A DNA stretch of 64,000 nt from Escherichia coli (GCF_044647545.1 NZ_CP172818.1); one strand, 5' to 3'; counted from the first letter of the stretch, positions 27,205-38,506 are shown. The notes: generated from the letters alone by a model not told the origin. Made by a program: numbers and translations.

Positions 27205-27303
27205 AGTTATTATCTCTTCATGTCATTTTGGGCGACGGCTTTCTGCCCATCAGAAATCGCCGGGCCTGCATCTTGCGATACTGTCCCGGCTTGTTATCAA
27301 CAC

Positions 27304-28245
27304 TTAATGGGTTTTGATGTAGCCGCGCACGCACTCTTCGACTAATCCCCAGAACCAGTCAGTATCAATAGTGATGCCGACTTTGGTATTGGCGGGCTTG
27401 CCAAGAACGCCCAGCTCGTCGCAGACGGTACGCCCATAGCAAGGGCCACTGTTAACATCCACTTCGACGTACATCTCCTGGGTTTTAATGCCATCTGGGT
27501 TAATCAGATAACCGATGCAGGTGGCGTCATGCACCGGGCCGCCAGCCAGGCCGTAGTTTTCGAACTGGGTTTTGAGAGTGAAGTTCATGATGTCGCTGAA
27601 CAGCTCTCCGGCAGGGCCGCCTGCCCTTTCCATTCGTGCAATCACGTCCGGGGTGCAAACGGTCTGGTTGGTGAGATCGAGGCCCATCATTACTAATGGA
27701 ACGCCGGAGGTGAACACCACACGTGCCGCTTCCGGATCAGCAAAGATGTTGAACTCGGCAGATGGCGTGAAGTTGCCAGTACCGTAAGCGCCGCCCATCA
27801 GTACAATTTCACGGATTTTCGGCAGAATTGCGGGTTGCATCCGCATTGCCACCGCGATGTTTGAAAGCGGACCAACCGGCACCAGAGTGATATCGCCATC
27901 GCTTGCCATCAGGGTATCGATGATATATTTCACCGCATGGGTGTTTTCTGCCTGACGAGTCAGCGGTTCGAATACCGGACCATCCAGCCCGGTTTCACCG
28001 TGAATATTATCGGCAACGATTTGTTGACGCATAATGGGTTGCGACATCCCCGCATAAACCGGAACATTAATCTCCAGTTTCTGGCAAACATTCAGGCCAT
28101 TAATTAATGTTTTATCGAGGGTTTGATTCCCCGCCACAATAGTGATACCTAATAAATCAATCGCCGGATGTTTCGCTGCCATCATCATTGCAATAGCATC
28201 ATCATGACCCGGATCACAATCCAGAATAATTTTTCTTTTTTCCAT
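27304..28245 (-). CDS. rihB: Pyrimidine-specific ribonucleoside hydrolase RihB
   Basis: 313 aa, [23 protein letters not shown] (DXDXXXDD nucleoside hydrolase motif). Confidence 0.94.
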   Translation of the reverse strand: MEKRKIILDCDPGHDDAIAMMMAAKHPAIDLLGITIVAGNQTLDKTLINGLNVCQKLEINVPVYAGMSQPIMRQQIVADNIHGETGLDGPVFEPLTRQAENTHAVKYIIDTLMASDGDITLVPVGPLSNIAVAMRMQPAILPKIREIVLMGGAYGTGNFTPSAEFNIFADPEAARVVFTSGVPLVMMGLDLTNQTVCTPDVIARMERAGGPAGELFSDIMNFTLKTQFENYGLAGGPVHDATCIGYLINPDGIKTQEMYVEVDVNSGPCYGRTVCDELGVLGKPANTKVGITIDTDWFWGLVEECVRGYIKTH

Positions 28246-28413
28246 TGTTTATTTCCTCTGTTTCCAGTTGCGTTATTTTTTCTACAGCAAAGAAAATTCG
28301 ACCGGGCCGATGATTGAATCTTAACAACAGCGTACGTATGCTAAATATGAGAAATCTCATAGCGGATAAACATCGTGAAAGAAATCCACAATAATGATCT
28401 TAAGCAGCAATTG

Positions 28414-29073
28414 ATGAGTGAATCCGCGTTTAAGGATTGCTTTTCAACGGATGTTTCAGCCGATACGCGGCTGTTTCATTTTTTAGCGCGTGACTACATA
28501 GTGCAGGAAGGGCAACAGCCGTCCTGGCTGTTTTACCTGACGCGAGGCCGCGCCAGGCTTTACGCCACGCTAGCTAATGGTCGCGTGTCGCTGATCGATT
28601 TCTTTGCCGCGCCCTGTTTTATTGGTGAGATTGAGTTAATCGATAAAGACCATGAACCGCGTGCGGTACAGGCTATTGAAGAGTGTTGGTGCCTTGCGCT
28701 CCCTATGAAACATTACCGTCCGCTGTTATTAAACGACACGCTATTTTTACGAAAACTTTGCGTCACCTTAAGTCATAAAAATTATCGTAATATTGTTTCT
28801 TTAACTCAGAATCAATCATTTCCGTTAGTGAATCGCCTGGCAGCATTTATATTACTCTCGCAGGAAGGTGATCTTTATCACGAAAAACATACCCAGGCGG
28901 CAGAGTATTTAGGTGTTACTTATCGTCACTTGCTATATGTGATCGCTCAACTCATTCACGACGGTTTATTAATTAAAAGTAAGAAAGGGTATTTAATTAA
29001 AAACAGAAAGCAGTTGTCAGGACTGGCGCTGGAGATGGACCCGGAGAATAAATTCTCCGGGATGATGCAGTAA
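28414..29073 (+). CDS. yeiL: CRP/FNR-family transcriptional regulator YeiL
   Basis: Track ORF 28375..29073 trimmed to [12 protein letters not shown] (219 aa); C-terminal HTH. Confidence 0.85.
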   Translation: MSESAFKDCFSTDVSADTRLFHFLARDYIVQEGQQPSWLFYLTRGRARLYATLANGRVSLIDFFAAPCFIGEIELIDKDHEPRAVQAIEECWCLALPMKHYRPLLLNDTLFLRKLCVTLSHKNYRNIVSLTQNQSFPLVNRLAAFILLSQEGDLYHEKHTQAAEYLGVTYRHLLYVIAQLIHDGLLIKSKKGYLIKNRKQLSGLALEMDPENKFSGMMQ

Positions 29074-29097
29074 AAATTAATCTGCAATAGCGCGATT

Positions 29098-29133
29098 GCC
29101 GGATGCAACACTTAATAAGCGCGTACATCCGGC
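29098..29133. repeat. REP-like palindromic element
   Basis: GCCGGATGCAACACTTAATAAGCGCGTACATCCGGC between convergent yeiL and psuT; 8-bp GCCGGATG/CATCCGGC arms. Confidence 0.55.
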
Positions 29134-29141
29134 AATGAAAC

Positions 29142-30392
29142 TCAAGCTAAACCAATAAAGAACCCGGCAATGGTCGCGCTCATCAGGTTGGAAAGCGTTG
29201 CTGCTGCCAGCGCCCGTAAACCAAGCTGAGCGATTTCCGGTGCGCGTTTTGGCGAAATAGCCGAAAATGCCCCAACGACAACACCGATAGAACCAAAGTT
29301 AGCAAAACCACAAAGCGCAAAGGAGATAATCGCAATGGTTTTCACTTCCAGCGTGCCGCCCGTTTGCAGGTATGGGGAGAAACTCAGGTAAGCGACGAAT
29401 TCGTTAATCGCCAGTTTCTGCCCAATCAGGCTACCCGCAAGATTGGCATCACTCCAGTCCACACCCATGATCCACGCCAGCGGTGCCAGCACATAGCCGA
29501 AAATACTTTCCAGAGAGGCATTGGCGAAACCAAACCAGCCGCCGATTCCGCCGATAATGCCGTTGATCAGCGCAATAATTGCGACAAACGCCATTACTAC
29601 CGTTGCTACACCAGCGGCGATTTTCAGCCCGGTCATCGCACCGCTCGCCGCTGCTTCGATAAAGCTTTTTGGCGGCGTTTCGCTGAACGATAAATTTTCA
29701 AATGTGACCTGCGAAGGCTCGGTTGCCGGGCTAAGAATACGTGCAAACAAAATCCCGCCAGGGATCGCCATCAGCGATGCCGCTAACAGGTAGTCAATTG
29801 GTACGCCCATTCCGGCATAACCGATCATCATCGAACCCGCAATGGACGCCATCCCGCTACAAATTGCAGTAAACAACTCGTTGCGATTCATGCGATCGAT
29901 AAACGGTTTAACGATCGCAGGGATCTCATTTTGCCCGAGGAAAATAGTGGTAACCGCAACAAAAGATTCGATTTTGCTGATGTTGAGAGCTTTCTGAAAA
30001 ATACTGCCAAGAATGCGGATTAGCAGCCCCATCACGCCAATGTAGTACAGCAGACTGATGAGCGCAGTAACGAAAATAATCGCCGGAAGTACGCGAAAGG
30101 CGAAGATAAAACCCGCACCGTCAAACAAGACATCCATTTTCGGCCCAACCAGCGAACCAAAAATGAAGGCGCTACCGGCATCACTGTAAGACATCACTTT
30201 ATGAACGCCTAATGCCGCCAGTTCAACTGCCCATTTTCCCGGTGGGAAGTAGAGCATGATGCCACCAATAGCGATTTGCAGCAGCAGCGCGGCTCCAACC
30301 GTGCGTAAACTGATGCTCTTTTTATTCACTGATAACAGAAATGCTATTACCAGTAACACCACCATCCCCACAACACTTCTCATTATATCCAT
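29142..30392 (-). CDS. psuT: NupC-family pseudouridine/nucleoside transporter PsuT (YeiM)
   Basis: 416 aa, MDIMRSVVGMVVLLVIAFLLSVNKK; near-identical in length and sequence to NupX. Confidence 0.92.
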   Translation of the reverse strand: MDIMRSVVGMVVLLVIAFLLSVNKKSISLRTVGAALLLQIAIGGIMLYFPPGKWAVELAALGVHKVMSYSDAGSAFIFGSLVGPKMDVLFDGAGFIFAFRVLPAIIFVTALISLLYYIGVMGLLIRILGSIFQKALNISKIESFVAVTTIFLGQNEIPAIVKPFIDRMNRNELFTAICSGMASIAGSMMIGYAGMGVPIDYLLAASLMAIPGGILFARILSPATEPSQVTFENLSFSETPPKSFIEAAASGAMTGLKIAAGVATVVMAFVAIIALINGIIGGIGGWFGFANASLESIFGYVLAPLAWIMGVDWSDANLAGSLIGQKLAINEFVAYLSFSPYLQTGGTLEVKTIAIISFALCGFANFGSIGVVVGAFSAISPKRAPEIAQLGLRALAAATLSNLMSATIAGFFIGLA

Positions 30393-30484
30393 AATGATTT
30401 CCCCTTCATACCAGTAAACCCGACGTCAGCGCCAGGTTCTGGTATGTATGATCATACGGGCGACGGCTTTCTGCCCGTCAGAAA

Positions 30485-31423
30485 TTAACCCGCGAGACGC
30501 TGGTATTCTTTGGCAATTTCGCTCGCCAGAATGGCGTTGTTGAACACCAGTTGGATGTTGGATTTCAGACTGTCACCGCCGGTCAGTTCTGCAACACGAG
30601 CCAGTAGGAACGGTGTACTTTCTTTACCAATAACGCCCTGCTCTTCGGCTTCGGCGACGGCCTGATCTATGGCTGCATTAATTGACTCCTCCGCCATCGC
30701 AAACTGCTCCGGGATCGGATTCGCCACTACCAGACCACCGTTCAAACCGGTTTGCCATTTCACTGCCATTGCACGAGCGATTTCTGTGGCACTATCAAGG
30801 CGAATGCTGACCTCAAACGGGCTGGTACGGCAGAAAAACGCAGGCAGCGCTTTTGTCTGATAGCCAATTAACGGCACACCGAAGGTTTCTAAATATTCTG
30901 TTGTTAATCCTAAATCGAGAATGGATTTTGCACCGGCACAAACAACGGTGACATTAGTATTTGCCAGTTCTTGCAAATCGGCAGAAATATCGAAGGTATG
31001 TTCCGCCCCGCGATGCACACCACCAATTCCCCCGGTGGCAAATACTTTAATTCCGGCAAGCGCCGCAATAATCATCGTTGAAGCCACAGTGGTTGCGCCA
31101 TTTTTTCCGGCGGCAACAACAAAAGGTAAATCGCGACGACTAACTTTGGTCACGTTATGCCCTTCGCGACCCAGCAATTCAATTTCTTCTTTGCTTAAAC
31201 CCACTTTCATCACGCCGCCAATAATGGCGATAGTGGCAGGTACAGCGCCCTGTTTACGAATAGTTTCTTCAACTTCAATTGCGGTCTGGGCATTTTGTGG
31301 GAACGGCATCCCATGAGAAATAATGGTCGATTCCAGCGCCACAACCGGTTTTTTGTTTTTTAAAGCGTCCTGCACTTCCGGGGAAATTTGTAATAATTCA
31401 GGGGAAATTTTTAATTCAGACAT
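30485..31423 (-). CDS. psuG: Pseudouridine-5'-phosphate glycosidase PsuG (YeiN)
   Basis: 312 aa, MSELKISPELLQISPEVQDALKNKKPVVALESTIISHGMPFPQN. Confidence 0.94.
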   Translation of the reverse strand: MSELKISPELLQISPEVQDALKNKKPVVALESTIISHGMPFPQNAQTAIEVEETIRKQGAVPATIAIIGGVMKVGLSKEEIELLGREGHNVTKVSRRDLPFVVAAGKNGATTVASTMIIAALAGIKVFATGGIGGVHRGAEHTFDISADLQELANTNVTVVCAGAKSILDLGLTTEYLETFGVPLIGYQTKALPAFFCRTSPFEVSIRLDSATEIARAMAVKWQTGLNGGLVVANPIPEQFAMAEESINAAIDQAVAEAEEQGVIGKESTPFLLARVAELTGGDSLKSNIQLVFNNAILASEIAKEYQRLAG

Positions 31424-32352
31424 TCTGCGTTCTCCACTAACGATATAACGTTGGCAATCGATAAATCGGGGTTATTGGTGTATTCACAGGAGAGCGCCAT
31501 TGACGAACATCCCTGTGCGAAACGAACGGATTCGGCAAACGGCATTCCGTCTACCCAACACGAAGCAAGTCCCGCCATCATGGCATCGCCCGCTCCGGTA
31601 ACATTAATAACATTGGTTTTGATCGGCGCAGACCAGCCACTTTCACCGCTGATATCGCTGTAATAAACGCCATCGCCGCCCATGCTCAATACCAGTCGGT
31701 TCAGCCCATGTTGATGGAACCAGGCAGCAACTTTTGCCACATCTTCACGCCCTGACAGCGCAATCCCACTCAGGGTTTCCGCTTCAAGGCGGTTTGGCTT
31801 GAGAGTGTGGATTTGATTTAGACGGTCGCGCACTTTGACACATTTCCACGCAGAAACCGGATCGACAAATACGGGTACGTTGGCGGCATTATCCAGAATC
31901 CATGCCAGTGCCTCTTCACTGATATTACAGTCCGCGACAATGACCTTTGCCCTCTGAATAAATTCACGATGCTGTGCGAGATATTCAGCTGTAATAGCGT
32001 TGCTAATATTCATGTCATTTATAGCAACTAGCATTTCACCGGTATTATCGAGTAATGATAAATAGCTCGACGTATTTTCTCCCGGCACAATCAGGCATTT
32101 ATCGACATAAACACCAGATTGATTGGTTTGCGTTAGCAACGATTGACCATAAAAATCACTGCCTACTGCGCTCAGTAGCCAGGCTTTATTCCCCAGCAAC
32201 GCCAGGTTTTGTGCAATATTGCGCCCTACTCCACCAGGCGTAAACTTTATTTTACCTGGATTTGAATCCGCATAATTTAATGATTCATGTGAATATCCGG
32301 CGACATCAATATTCGCCGAACCTATAATTACGACATAATCCTTTTCGCGCAT
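31411..32352 (-). CDS. psuK: Pseudouridine kinase PsuK (YeiC), PfkB family
   Basis: 313 aa, MREKDYVVIIGSANIDVAG; 13-nt overlap with psuG. Confidence 0.93.
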   Translation of the reverse strand: MREKDYVVIIGSANIDVAGYSHESLNYADSNPGKIKFTPGGVGRNIAQNLALLGNKAWLLSAVGSDFYGQSLLTQTNQSGVYVDKCLIVPGENTSSYLSLLDNTGEMLVAINDMNISNAITAEYLAQHREFIQRAKVIVADCNISEEALAWILDNAANVPVFVDPVSAWKCVKVRDRLNQIHTLKPNRLEAETLSGIALSGREDVAKVAAWFHQHGLNRLVLSMGGDGVYYSDISGESGWSAPIKTNVINVTGAGDAMMAGLASCWVDGMPFAESVRFAQGCSSMALSCEYTNNPDLSIANVISLVENAECLN

Positions 32353-32592
32353 AGCACGTCCTCTGGTAAAAAATTACCAACCCTGTCAATCCACAAGAAT
32401 ATAGATACTGCAAAGACGGTTTAAACATGTGTTCATATTTAAACATGTGCTCATAGTATGCATGTTTTACGTAAAGTAAATTACCGCCAGAGAGGCAAAA
32501 TGGGCAGATTTGAGCAGGCTCACAAAACGCGATTAAATGCCTGAATTATAAAAACGGGGAATTTGTGACGGGAGGCACAGAACAGGAACAAT

Positions 32593-32618
32593 AAAAAAGG
32601 GCAGAAATTAATCTGCCC
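32593..32618 (-). terminator. Rho-independent terminator downstream of fruA
   Basis: Hairpin GGGCAGA-AATTAA-TCTGCCC at 32599-32618 followed on the minus strand by a six-U run; a second hairpin without a U-tract at about 32739-32765 lies closer to the fruA stop. Confidence 0.65.
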
Positions 32619-32775
32619 TTGAGGAAATAACCTTAGTGTTTGATGAAAGTTTCAGGTTTCCACTAAAAGATAAAACCATTTAAATTCATAAAATTACATT
32701 CACAAACCGGTCATTCTCTTTGCGCGCATCAAATGTTCCAGGGCAGGAAATTTCTGCCCTGGAACACACCTTTTA

Positions 32776-34467
32776 TTACGCTGCTTTTGCTACTGCGTCC
32801 ACTTCCGGACGTTTCAGGAAGGCATAGGCCAGACCCGCCACCAGCGTACCGGCAATAATGGCTACCAGGTAACCCAATACCGGCGTAATCGCGCCAGGGA
32901 TCAGCAGAACAAACAGACCACCGTGCGGTGCCATCAGTTTCGCACCAATCGCCATTGAGATTGCGCCAGTCAGCGCCCCACCCACGATACAGCACGGCAG
33001 CACACGCATCGGATCACGGGCAGCAAACGGAATTGCACCTTCCGAAATAAAGCACAGTCCCAGTACCAGAGCAGCTTTGCCCCCTTCCTGCTGCGCCTTG
33101 TCGAATTTGCGACGCGCTACCATTGTTGCCAGCCCCATTGCCAGCGGTGGCACCATACCTGCCGCCATAATCGCCGCCATCGGGCCATAGGTTTGAGTAC
33201 TCAGCAGACCCACACCGAACGCGTACGCTGCTTTGTTTACCGGACCGCCCATGTCAGTACACATCATGCCACCGAGGATCGCCCCCAGCAGAACCGCATT
33301 CGCAGTCCCCATGGTCTGCAGCCAGTGAGTCAACCCTTCGAGAATGCCAGCAACCGGTTTACCGATCAGGTAGATCATCGCCAGACCGACCACCAGACTG
33401 GAAATTAGCGGAATGATCAGAATCGGTTTCAGCGCCTCCATACTCTGTGGCAGTTTCAATTGCGTACTGATTAACTTCGCAATGTAACCAGCCAGGAAGC
33501 CCGCAATAATACCGCCAATGAAGCCAGAACCGGTGCTGACCGCCAGCATACCGCCAATCAGACCCGGCGTGAGGCCCGGACGATCGGCAATGGAAAAGGC
33601 AATATAACCTGCCAGTACCGGCACCATTAGCGCAAAGGCTGAACCTCCACCAATCTGCATCAGCGCCGCAGCCAACGTACCCGGCTCTTTAAACGCTTCG
33701 ATACCAAAAGCAAAAGAAAGCGCGATACACAGACCACCTGCAACGACCATCGGCAGCATGTAAGAGACGCCCGTCAGCAAGTGACGGTAAGCGCCTGCAC
33801 TCTCTTTCTTACCTTCAGTGGTCGCTGTTTGAGCTTTGCCCGCTGGTTCATACGGCGTTGCTTCAGCAACCGCTTTATCCAGTTCCTGCGCAGTTTTCTT
33901 CAGCGCCAGACCGGTAGAGGTGCGATACATCGGTTTACCAGCAAATTTCGCCAGATCCACTTCGATATCTGCCGCCACAATCACCAGATCCGCTGCGGCG
34001 ACTTCTTCAGGGGTGATTGCATTACCTGCGCCAACAGAACCACGGGTTTCAACTTTCACCCACCAGCCACGTTTTTTCGCTTCGGTTTCAATGGCTTCAG
34101 CCGCCATAAAGGTGTGTGCTACGCCAGTCGGGCAAGCAGTCACCGCAACTACGCGTTTCGGACCGCTGGCGGCAACCGGTGCTGTCGCAGCGACCGGCGC
34201 AGTGTAAGGTTTCGCATGGCCTTTGGCTTCACTCAGGAACAGCTCAGGGTGCGCAACTGCCCGGGAAATATCGCCCAGCCAGACATTTTTACCGTTCAGC
34301 GCGCTGTCGTTCGGGATGGAATCACCGAGAACAATCGCCATTTCAGCGTCGTTCGGATTGTCGATGATTTCCAGTTTTGCTTTTCGCGCCGCCGCGCCCA
34401 GCAGGGTCTTCGCCATATAGGCGCGTGCCTGACCGAGATTAGCGTCAATAATCAGCAGCGTTTTCAT
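32776..34467 (-). CDS. fruA: PTS fructose-specific EIIB'BC component
   Basis: 563 aa, MKTLLIIDANLGQARAYMAKTLLGAAARKAKLEIIDNPND. Confidence 0.96.
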   Translation of the reverse strand: MKTLLIIDANLGQARAYMAKTLLGAAARKAKLEIIDNPNDAEMAIVLGDSIPNDSALNGKNVWLGDISRAVAHPELFLSEAKGHAKPYTAPVAATAPVAASGPKRVVAVTACPTGVAHTFMAAEAIETEAKKRGWWVKVETRGSVGAGNAITPEEVAAADLVIVAADIEVDLAKFAGKPMYRTSTGLALKKTAQELDKAVAEATPYEPAGKAQTATTEGKKESAGAYRHLLTGVSYMLPMVVAGGLCIALSFAFGIEAFKEPGTLAAALMQIGGGSAFALMVPVLAGYIAFSIADRPGLTPGLIGGMLAVSTGSGFIGGIIAGFLAGYIAKLISTQLKLPQSMEALKPILIIPLISSLVVGLAMIYLIGKPVAGILEGLTHWLQTMGTANAVLLGAILGGMMCTDMGGPVNKAAYAFGVGLLSTQTYGPMAAIMAAGMVPPLAMGLATMVARRKFDKAQQEGGKAALVLGLCFISEGAIPFAARDPMRVLPCCIVGGALTGAISMAIGAKLMAPHGGLFVLLIPGAITPVLGYLVAIIAGTLVAGLAYAFLKRPEVDAVAKAA

Positions 34468-34483
34468 TATGCCTCTCCTGCTG

Positions 34484-35422
34484 TCAGTTAAAAGGTTGTA
34501 AGTCGACGCGCGCCATCATTGCGGCCAACTGCGGACGATCGGTAATACCCACATTGCTTTGACTTACCGCCAGGGCTGCAACAGCTGTCGCCAGACGCAG
34601 TGTGTGTTCACTGGATTCACGCATCAGCAAGCCATAAATCAGGCCACCAACCATAGAATCCCCTGCGCCAACGGTGCTTACGACATCGACTGACGGTGGT
34701 TTGGCGATCCATTCGCCGGAGGCATTAACCCAAAGCGCGCCTTCGGCACCCAGTGAAATAACGACATGCGCGATACCCTGTTCACGCAGCGCATGCGCAG
34801 CTTCAATCACATCTTTCATTTCAGGCAGTTTACGGCCCGCCCAGATTTCCAGCTCGCGGCGGTTAGGTTTCACCAGCCACGGTGCCGCTTTCAAACCTGC
34901 TACTAACGCTTCACGGCTACTATCAAAGATAATGCAAGGACACTGACTACGCAGGCGAGTCATCCAGTCGGTGAACGCTTCCGGGCTGACGCCTGACGGT
35001 AAGCTTCCGCTGACACAGACCATATCGAACTGACCGAGCCAGCTCAGAGAATCAGTCACAAAGCGTTCCCAGTCGGCGGGGGTGACTTCAAAACCCGAGA
35101 AGTTGAAGTCGGTCACTTCGCCGTCTTTTTCCGTCAGCTTAACGTTAATTCGGGTGCGCCCCTGTACAACCTGGAAACGGTTGGCAATGCCCAGCTCGCT
35201 GAACAGTTGCTGAAAACCATCCTGATTGTCTTTACCGAGGAAGCCGCCAACGGTGACATCAATTCCCAGGTCTTTTAATACTTTGGCCACGTTGATGCCT
35301 TTACCCGCCGCATGCAGACCGGTGGTTTTCACCAGGTTCACTTCGCCGCGTTCAATTTCCGGGCAGAAACCAACAAGGTCATAAGCCGGATTAAGGGTGA
35401 TAGTAGCAACACGTCTGCTCAT
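34484..35422 (-). CDS. fruK: 1-phosphofructokinase
   Basis: 312 aa, [35 protein letters not shown]. Confidence 0.96.
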   Translation of the reverse strand: MSRRVATITLNPAYDLVGFCPEIERGEVNLVKTTGLHAAGKGINVAKVLKDLGIDVTVGGFLGKDNQDGFQQLFSELGIANRFQVVQGRTRINVKLTEKDGEVTDFNFSGFEVTPADWERFVTDSLSWLGQFDMVCVSGSLPSGVSPEAFTDWMTRLRSQCPCIIFDSSREALVAGLKAAPWLVKPNRRELEIWAGRKLPEMKDVIEAAHALREQGIAHVVISLGAEGALWVNASGEWIAKPPSVDVVSTVGAGDSMVGGLIYGLLMRESSEHTLRLATAVAALAVSQSNVGITDRPQLAAMMARVDLQPFN

Positions 35423-36552
35423 TATGCGCCCTCCCCAAGACCAGCAGCGATAGCGTCGCCAATGGCTTTCAGCGCCTGTTCAGCATCTGCACCCTGGGCG
35501 GTAAAGCGTAGGCGATGACCTTTCTTAACGCCAAGTGCCACAACTTTCATCAGACTACGTCCGTTTGCCGGTTTGCCGGTGCCATCAAGGTTTGTCACGG
35601 TAATATCACTGTTAAATTGTTTAATGGTATTGACCAGCATGGTACCTGGACGAGCATGCAGGCCGTGTTCATTGCGCACCACAAACTCCGCGCTTAACAC
35701 GTCGTCGGTCGGCGCATCATCGCTGGTCAGCAGTGCCAGCAACGTTGCCGCATCCGCTTTCAGCAAGCGGTCAGCTTTATTATCGAGTAACAAATCAGCG
35801 AGACGCTTAAGAACCGCGACGGGCTGATCGTCATTCATCGCCACACTCACCAGCATGGCTGCCGTTTCGCCGTCCACATCAAAAGCATTTGCCGCACGGC
35901 TTACCGCAATCGCGCTACGCAGATTGCCTTCGGCGCTATCGCTCAGCCAGATACCCTGTCCGAGGTTCAGCGGTTGTTCATTGATGGCTTTGGTGACGAA
36001 AGTGGCGTCAACTGCCCCCGCCTCTTTCAGACGCGCAGCGTTCAGCGCCTGAAGAGTCAGCAGATCGCTGGCGACGATATCCAGCGTCAGCATTTCGTTG
36101 TCGAGCTTCAGCTGCTCACTCTGCTTTTCGCCCATCAGCAATGCGCGAAGTTCTTCTGCTGTTGTTGCTGACTTCAGCTGTTCAGCAACGGAATCATCGC
36201 TCAGTACGTGGGTCAGCTGGCGTAGCAGGCCCAGATGTTCATCCGAGCTGGCAGCAATACCGATCGCCACGTACGCTACCTGGCCGTCACCCCAGGTGAC
36301 GCCTTCCGGGAACTGAAATACCTGAACGCCGGTTTTCAGCACCTGATCGCGGGTGTCGGTAGTGCCGTGTGGAATAGCAATACCATTGCCGAGGAACGTA
36401 GAGGTTTGCTGTTCGCGCGCCAGCATGCCATTGACGTAGCCTTCAGCTACATTACCGGCCTGCACCAGCGCCGCAGCGACCTGGCGAATCGCCTCTTCTT
36501 TGTCTCCGGCCTTTTCGCCCGGATGGATGTCCTGTACGGATAACTGGAACAT
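35422..36552 (-). CDS. fruB: PTS fructose-specific EIIA/FPr multiphosphoryl transfer protein
   Basis: 376 aa, [49 protein letters not shown]; 1-nt overlap with fruK. Confidence 0.96.
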   Translation of the reverse strand: MFQLSVQDIHPGEKAGDKEEAIRQVAAALVQAGNVAEGYVNGMLAREQQTSTFLGNGIAIPHGTTDTRDQVLKTGVQVFQFPEGVTWGDGQVAYVAIGIAASSDEHLGLLRQLTHVLSDDSVAEQLKSATTAEELRALLMGEKQSEQLKLDNEMLTLDIVASDLLTLQALNAARLKEAGAVDATFVTKAINEQPLNLGQGIWLSDSAEGNLRSAIAVSRAANAFDVDGETAAMLVSVAMNDDQPVAVLKRLADLLLDNKADRLLKADAATLLALLTSDDAPTDDVLSAEFVVRNEHGLHARPGTMLVNTIKQFNSDITVTNLDGTGKPANGRSLMKVVALGVKKGHRLRFTAQGADAEQALKAIGDAIAAGLGEGA

Positions 36553-36573
36553 AGTTCTCCTCTCTTGCTGAAT

Positions 36574-36652
36574 TGAAACGATTCAGCTTCTATGAGAAAA
36601 AAAGCGCCAACCTGGCTTAGGGTTAAAGACAAGATCGCGCTGAAACGTTTCA
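36574..36652. promoter_or_regulatory. Cra (FruR) operators in the fruBKA promoter/leader: TGAAACGATTCA (36574-36585) and TGAAACGTTTCA (36641-36652)
   Basis: Two palindromes matching the Cra consensus core TGAAACGTTTCA, positioned just upstream of the fruB start (36552). Confidence 0.75.
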
Positions 36653-36919
36653 AGAAAGAATAATACTTCTGTTTCAGCACGCAAGGAAAGCCGTAAAGTA
36701 ATGAGCAAAAGTTTGATGTGCTGCACAATTTTTTGTCATTTTTCCTAATTGCTGATGGGAAAATCCGTTATCAGCAATTTCATTTCAGCAGCGTCAGCAG
36801 CCAATCAGCAACAGTGAAATGGCATTTTGATTATTCGTGGCGCTTTTGATTTCGCTGTCTGTTTATTTTCTAACAAGCAGCGTAAACTCCGCGTCTTCCT
36901 CTTCCAGTGATCGACCAGC

Positions 36920-38101
36920 ATGCATAACTCCCCCGCAGTCTCCAGCGCGAAATCGTTTGACCTGACCTCGACGGCGTTTTTAATCGTTGCCTTTCTCACC
37001 GGTATTGCGGGCGCTCTGCAAACCCCGACACTCAGTATTTTCCTTACCGATGAAGTACATGCCCGTCCGGCGATGGTGGGATTCTTCTTTACCGGCAGCG
37101 CTGTCATTGGGATTCTGGTCAGTCAGTTTCTCGCCGGGCGCTCTGATAAGCGCGGCGATCGCAAATCGCTGATTGTCTTTTGCTGCCTGTTAGGCGTGCT
37201 GGCCTGCACCCTTTTTGCCTGGAATCGCAACTACTTTGTTTTGCTATTCGTTGGCGTCTTTCTTAGCAGCTTTGGCTCGACCGCTAACCCGCAAATGTTT
37301 GCCCTTGCACGTGAACATGCCGACAAAACCGGACGTGAGGCGGTGATGTTCAGCTCTTTTTTACGCGCTCAGGTTTCACTGGCATGGGTCATTGGCCCGC
37401 CGCTGGCTTATGCCTTAGCGATGGGTTTCAGCTTTACGGTAATGTATCTGAGCGCAGCGGTAGCGTTTATTGTTTGCGGCGTGATGGTGTGGCTGTTTTT
37501 ACCGTCGATGCAAAAAGAGCTTCCGCTGGCGACCGGCACGGTTGAAGCGCCGCGCCGTAACCGTCGCGATACGCTGCTGCTGTTTGTCATTTGTACATTG
37601 ATGTGGGGCTCGAACAGCCTGTACATCATCAACATGCCGCTATTTATTATCAACGAACTGCATCTTCCCGAGAAACTGGCAGGCGTGATGATGGGGACCG
37701 CCGCCGGGCTGGAAATCCCGACCATGTTGATTGCCGGATATTTTGCCAAACGTCTGGGTAAGCGTTTCTTAATGCGCGTTGCTGCCGTGGGTGGCGTCTG
37801 TTTTTACGCAGGAATGCTGATGGCGCATTCACCTGCCATTCTGTTGGGCTTGCAGCTGCTAAATGCTATTTTTATTGGCATTCTGGGCGGCATCGGGATG
37901 CTTTATTTTCAGGATTTGATGCCCGGTCAGGCAGGTTCAGCCACCACGCTCTATACCAATACGTCGCGCGTGGGCTGGATCATCGCAGGATCAGTGGCGG
38001 GCATCGTCGCCGAGATCTGGAATTATCACGCTGTGTTCTGGTTTGCGATGGTGATGATTATCGCCACTCTGTTTTGCTTACTGCGGATTAAAGATGTTTA
38101 A
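36920..38101 (+). CDS. setB: Sugar efflux transporter SetB (MFS)
   Basis: 393 aa, [46 protein letters not shown]. Confidence 0.94.
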
Positions 38102-38352
38102 GGCGCGGTCAGCATTTCCAGATCGATAAGCCAGGTCATTGCCTGCTGACGCGAGTTACCGCACATTTCAGCGCTGGCTTGTAAGCCTGCACAGACTTTC
38201 GGCCGCAGTGGCGAGGTGAAAATTTTACAGCGTTGCTGTTCATCAAGCTGAATGCAGGGCGTATTGGCGGGCTTGCCATCTGGCATACCGGGAATAGGGC
38301 TGGAAATTGAAGGGGCAGTGCAACACGCCCCGCAACCCGGACGGCATTCCAT
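38098..38352 (-). CDS. yeiW: Cys-rich UPF0153/YkgJ-family protein YeiW
   Basis: Track ORF 38098..38484 trimmed to [22 protein letters not shown] (84 aa); 3' end overlaps the setB 3' end by 4 bp (convergent). Confidence 0.8.
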
Positions 38353-38506
38353 ACGTTGTTCTCTTAAGGTTAACCACCGGATTGATGAGCGCGCACAGTA
38401 CCACCTTTTTTGCACCAGCAAAAGTGCGAATACCACTTGCCCGAAAGGCCCGTCGCGAGTACTTTGTCGCGATATTTTTGACATTTTCGACTACAGGAAT
38501 TTTTCG

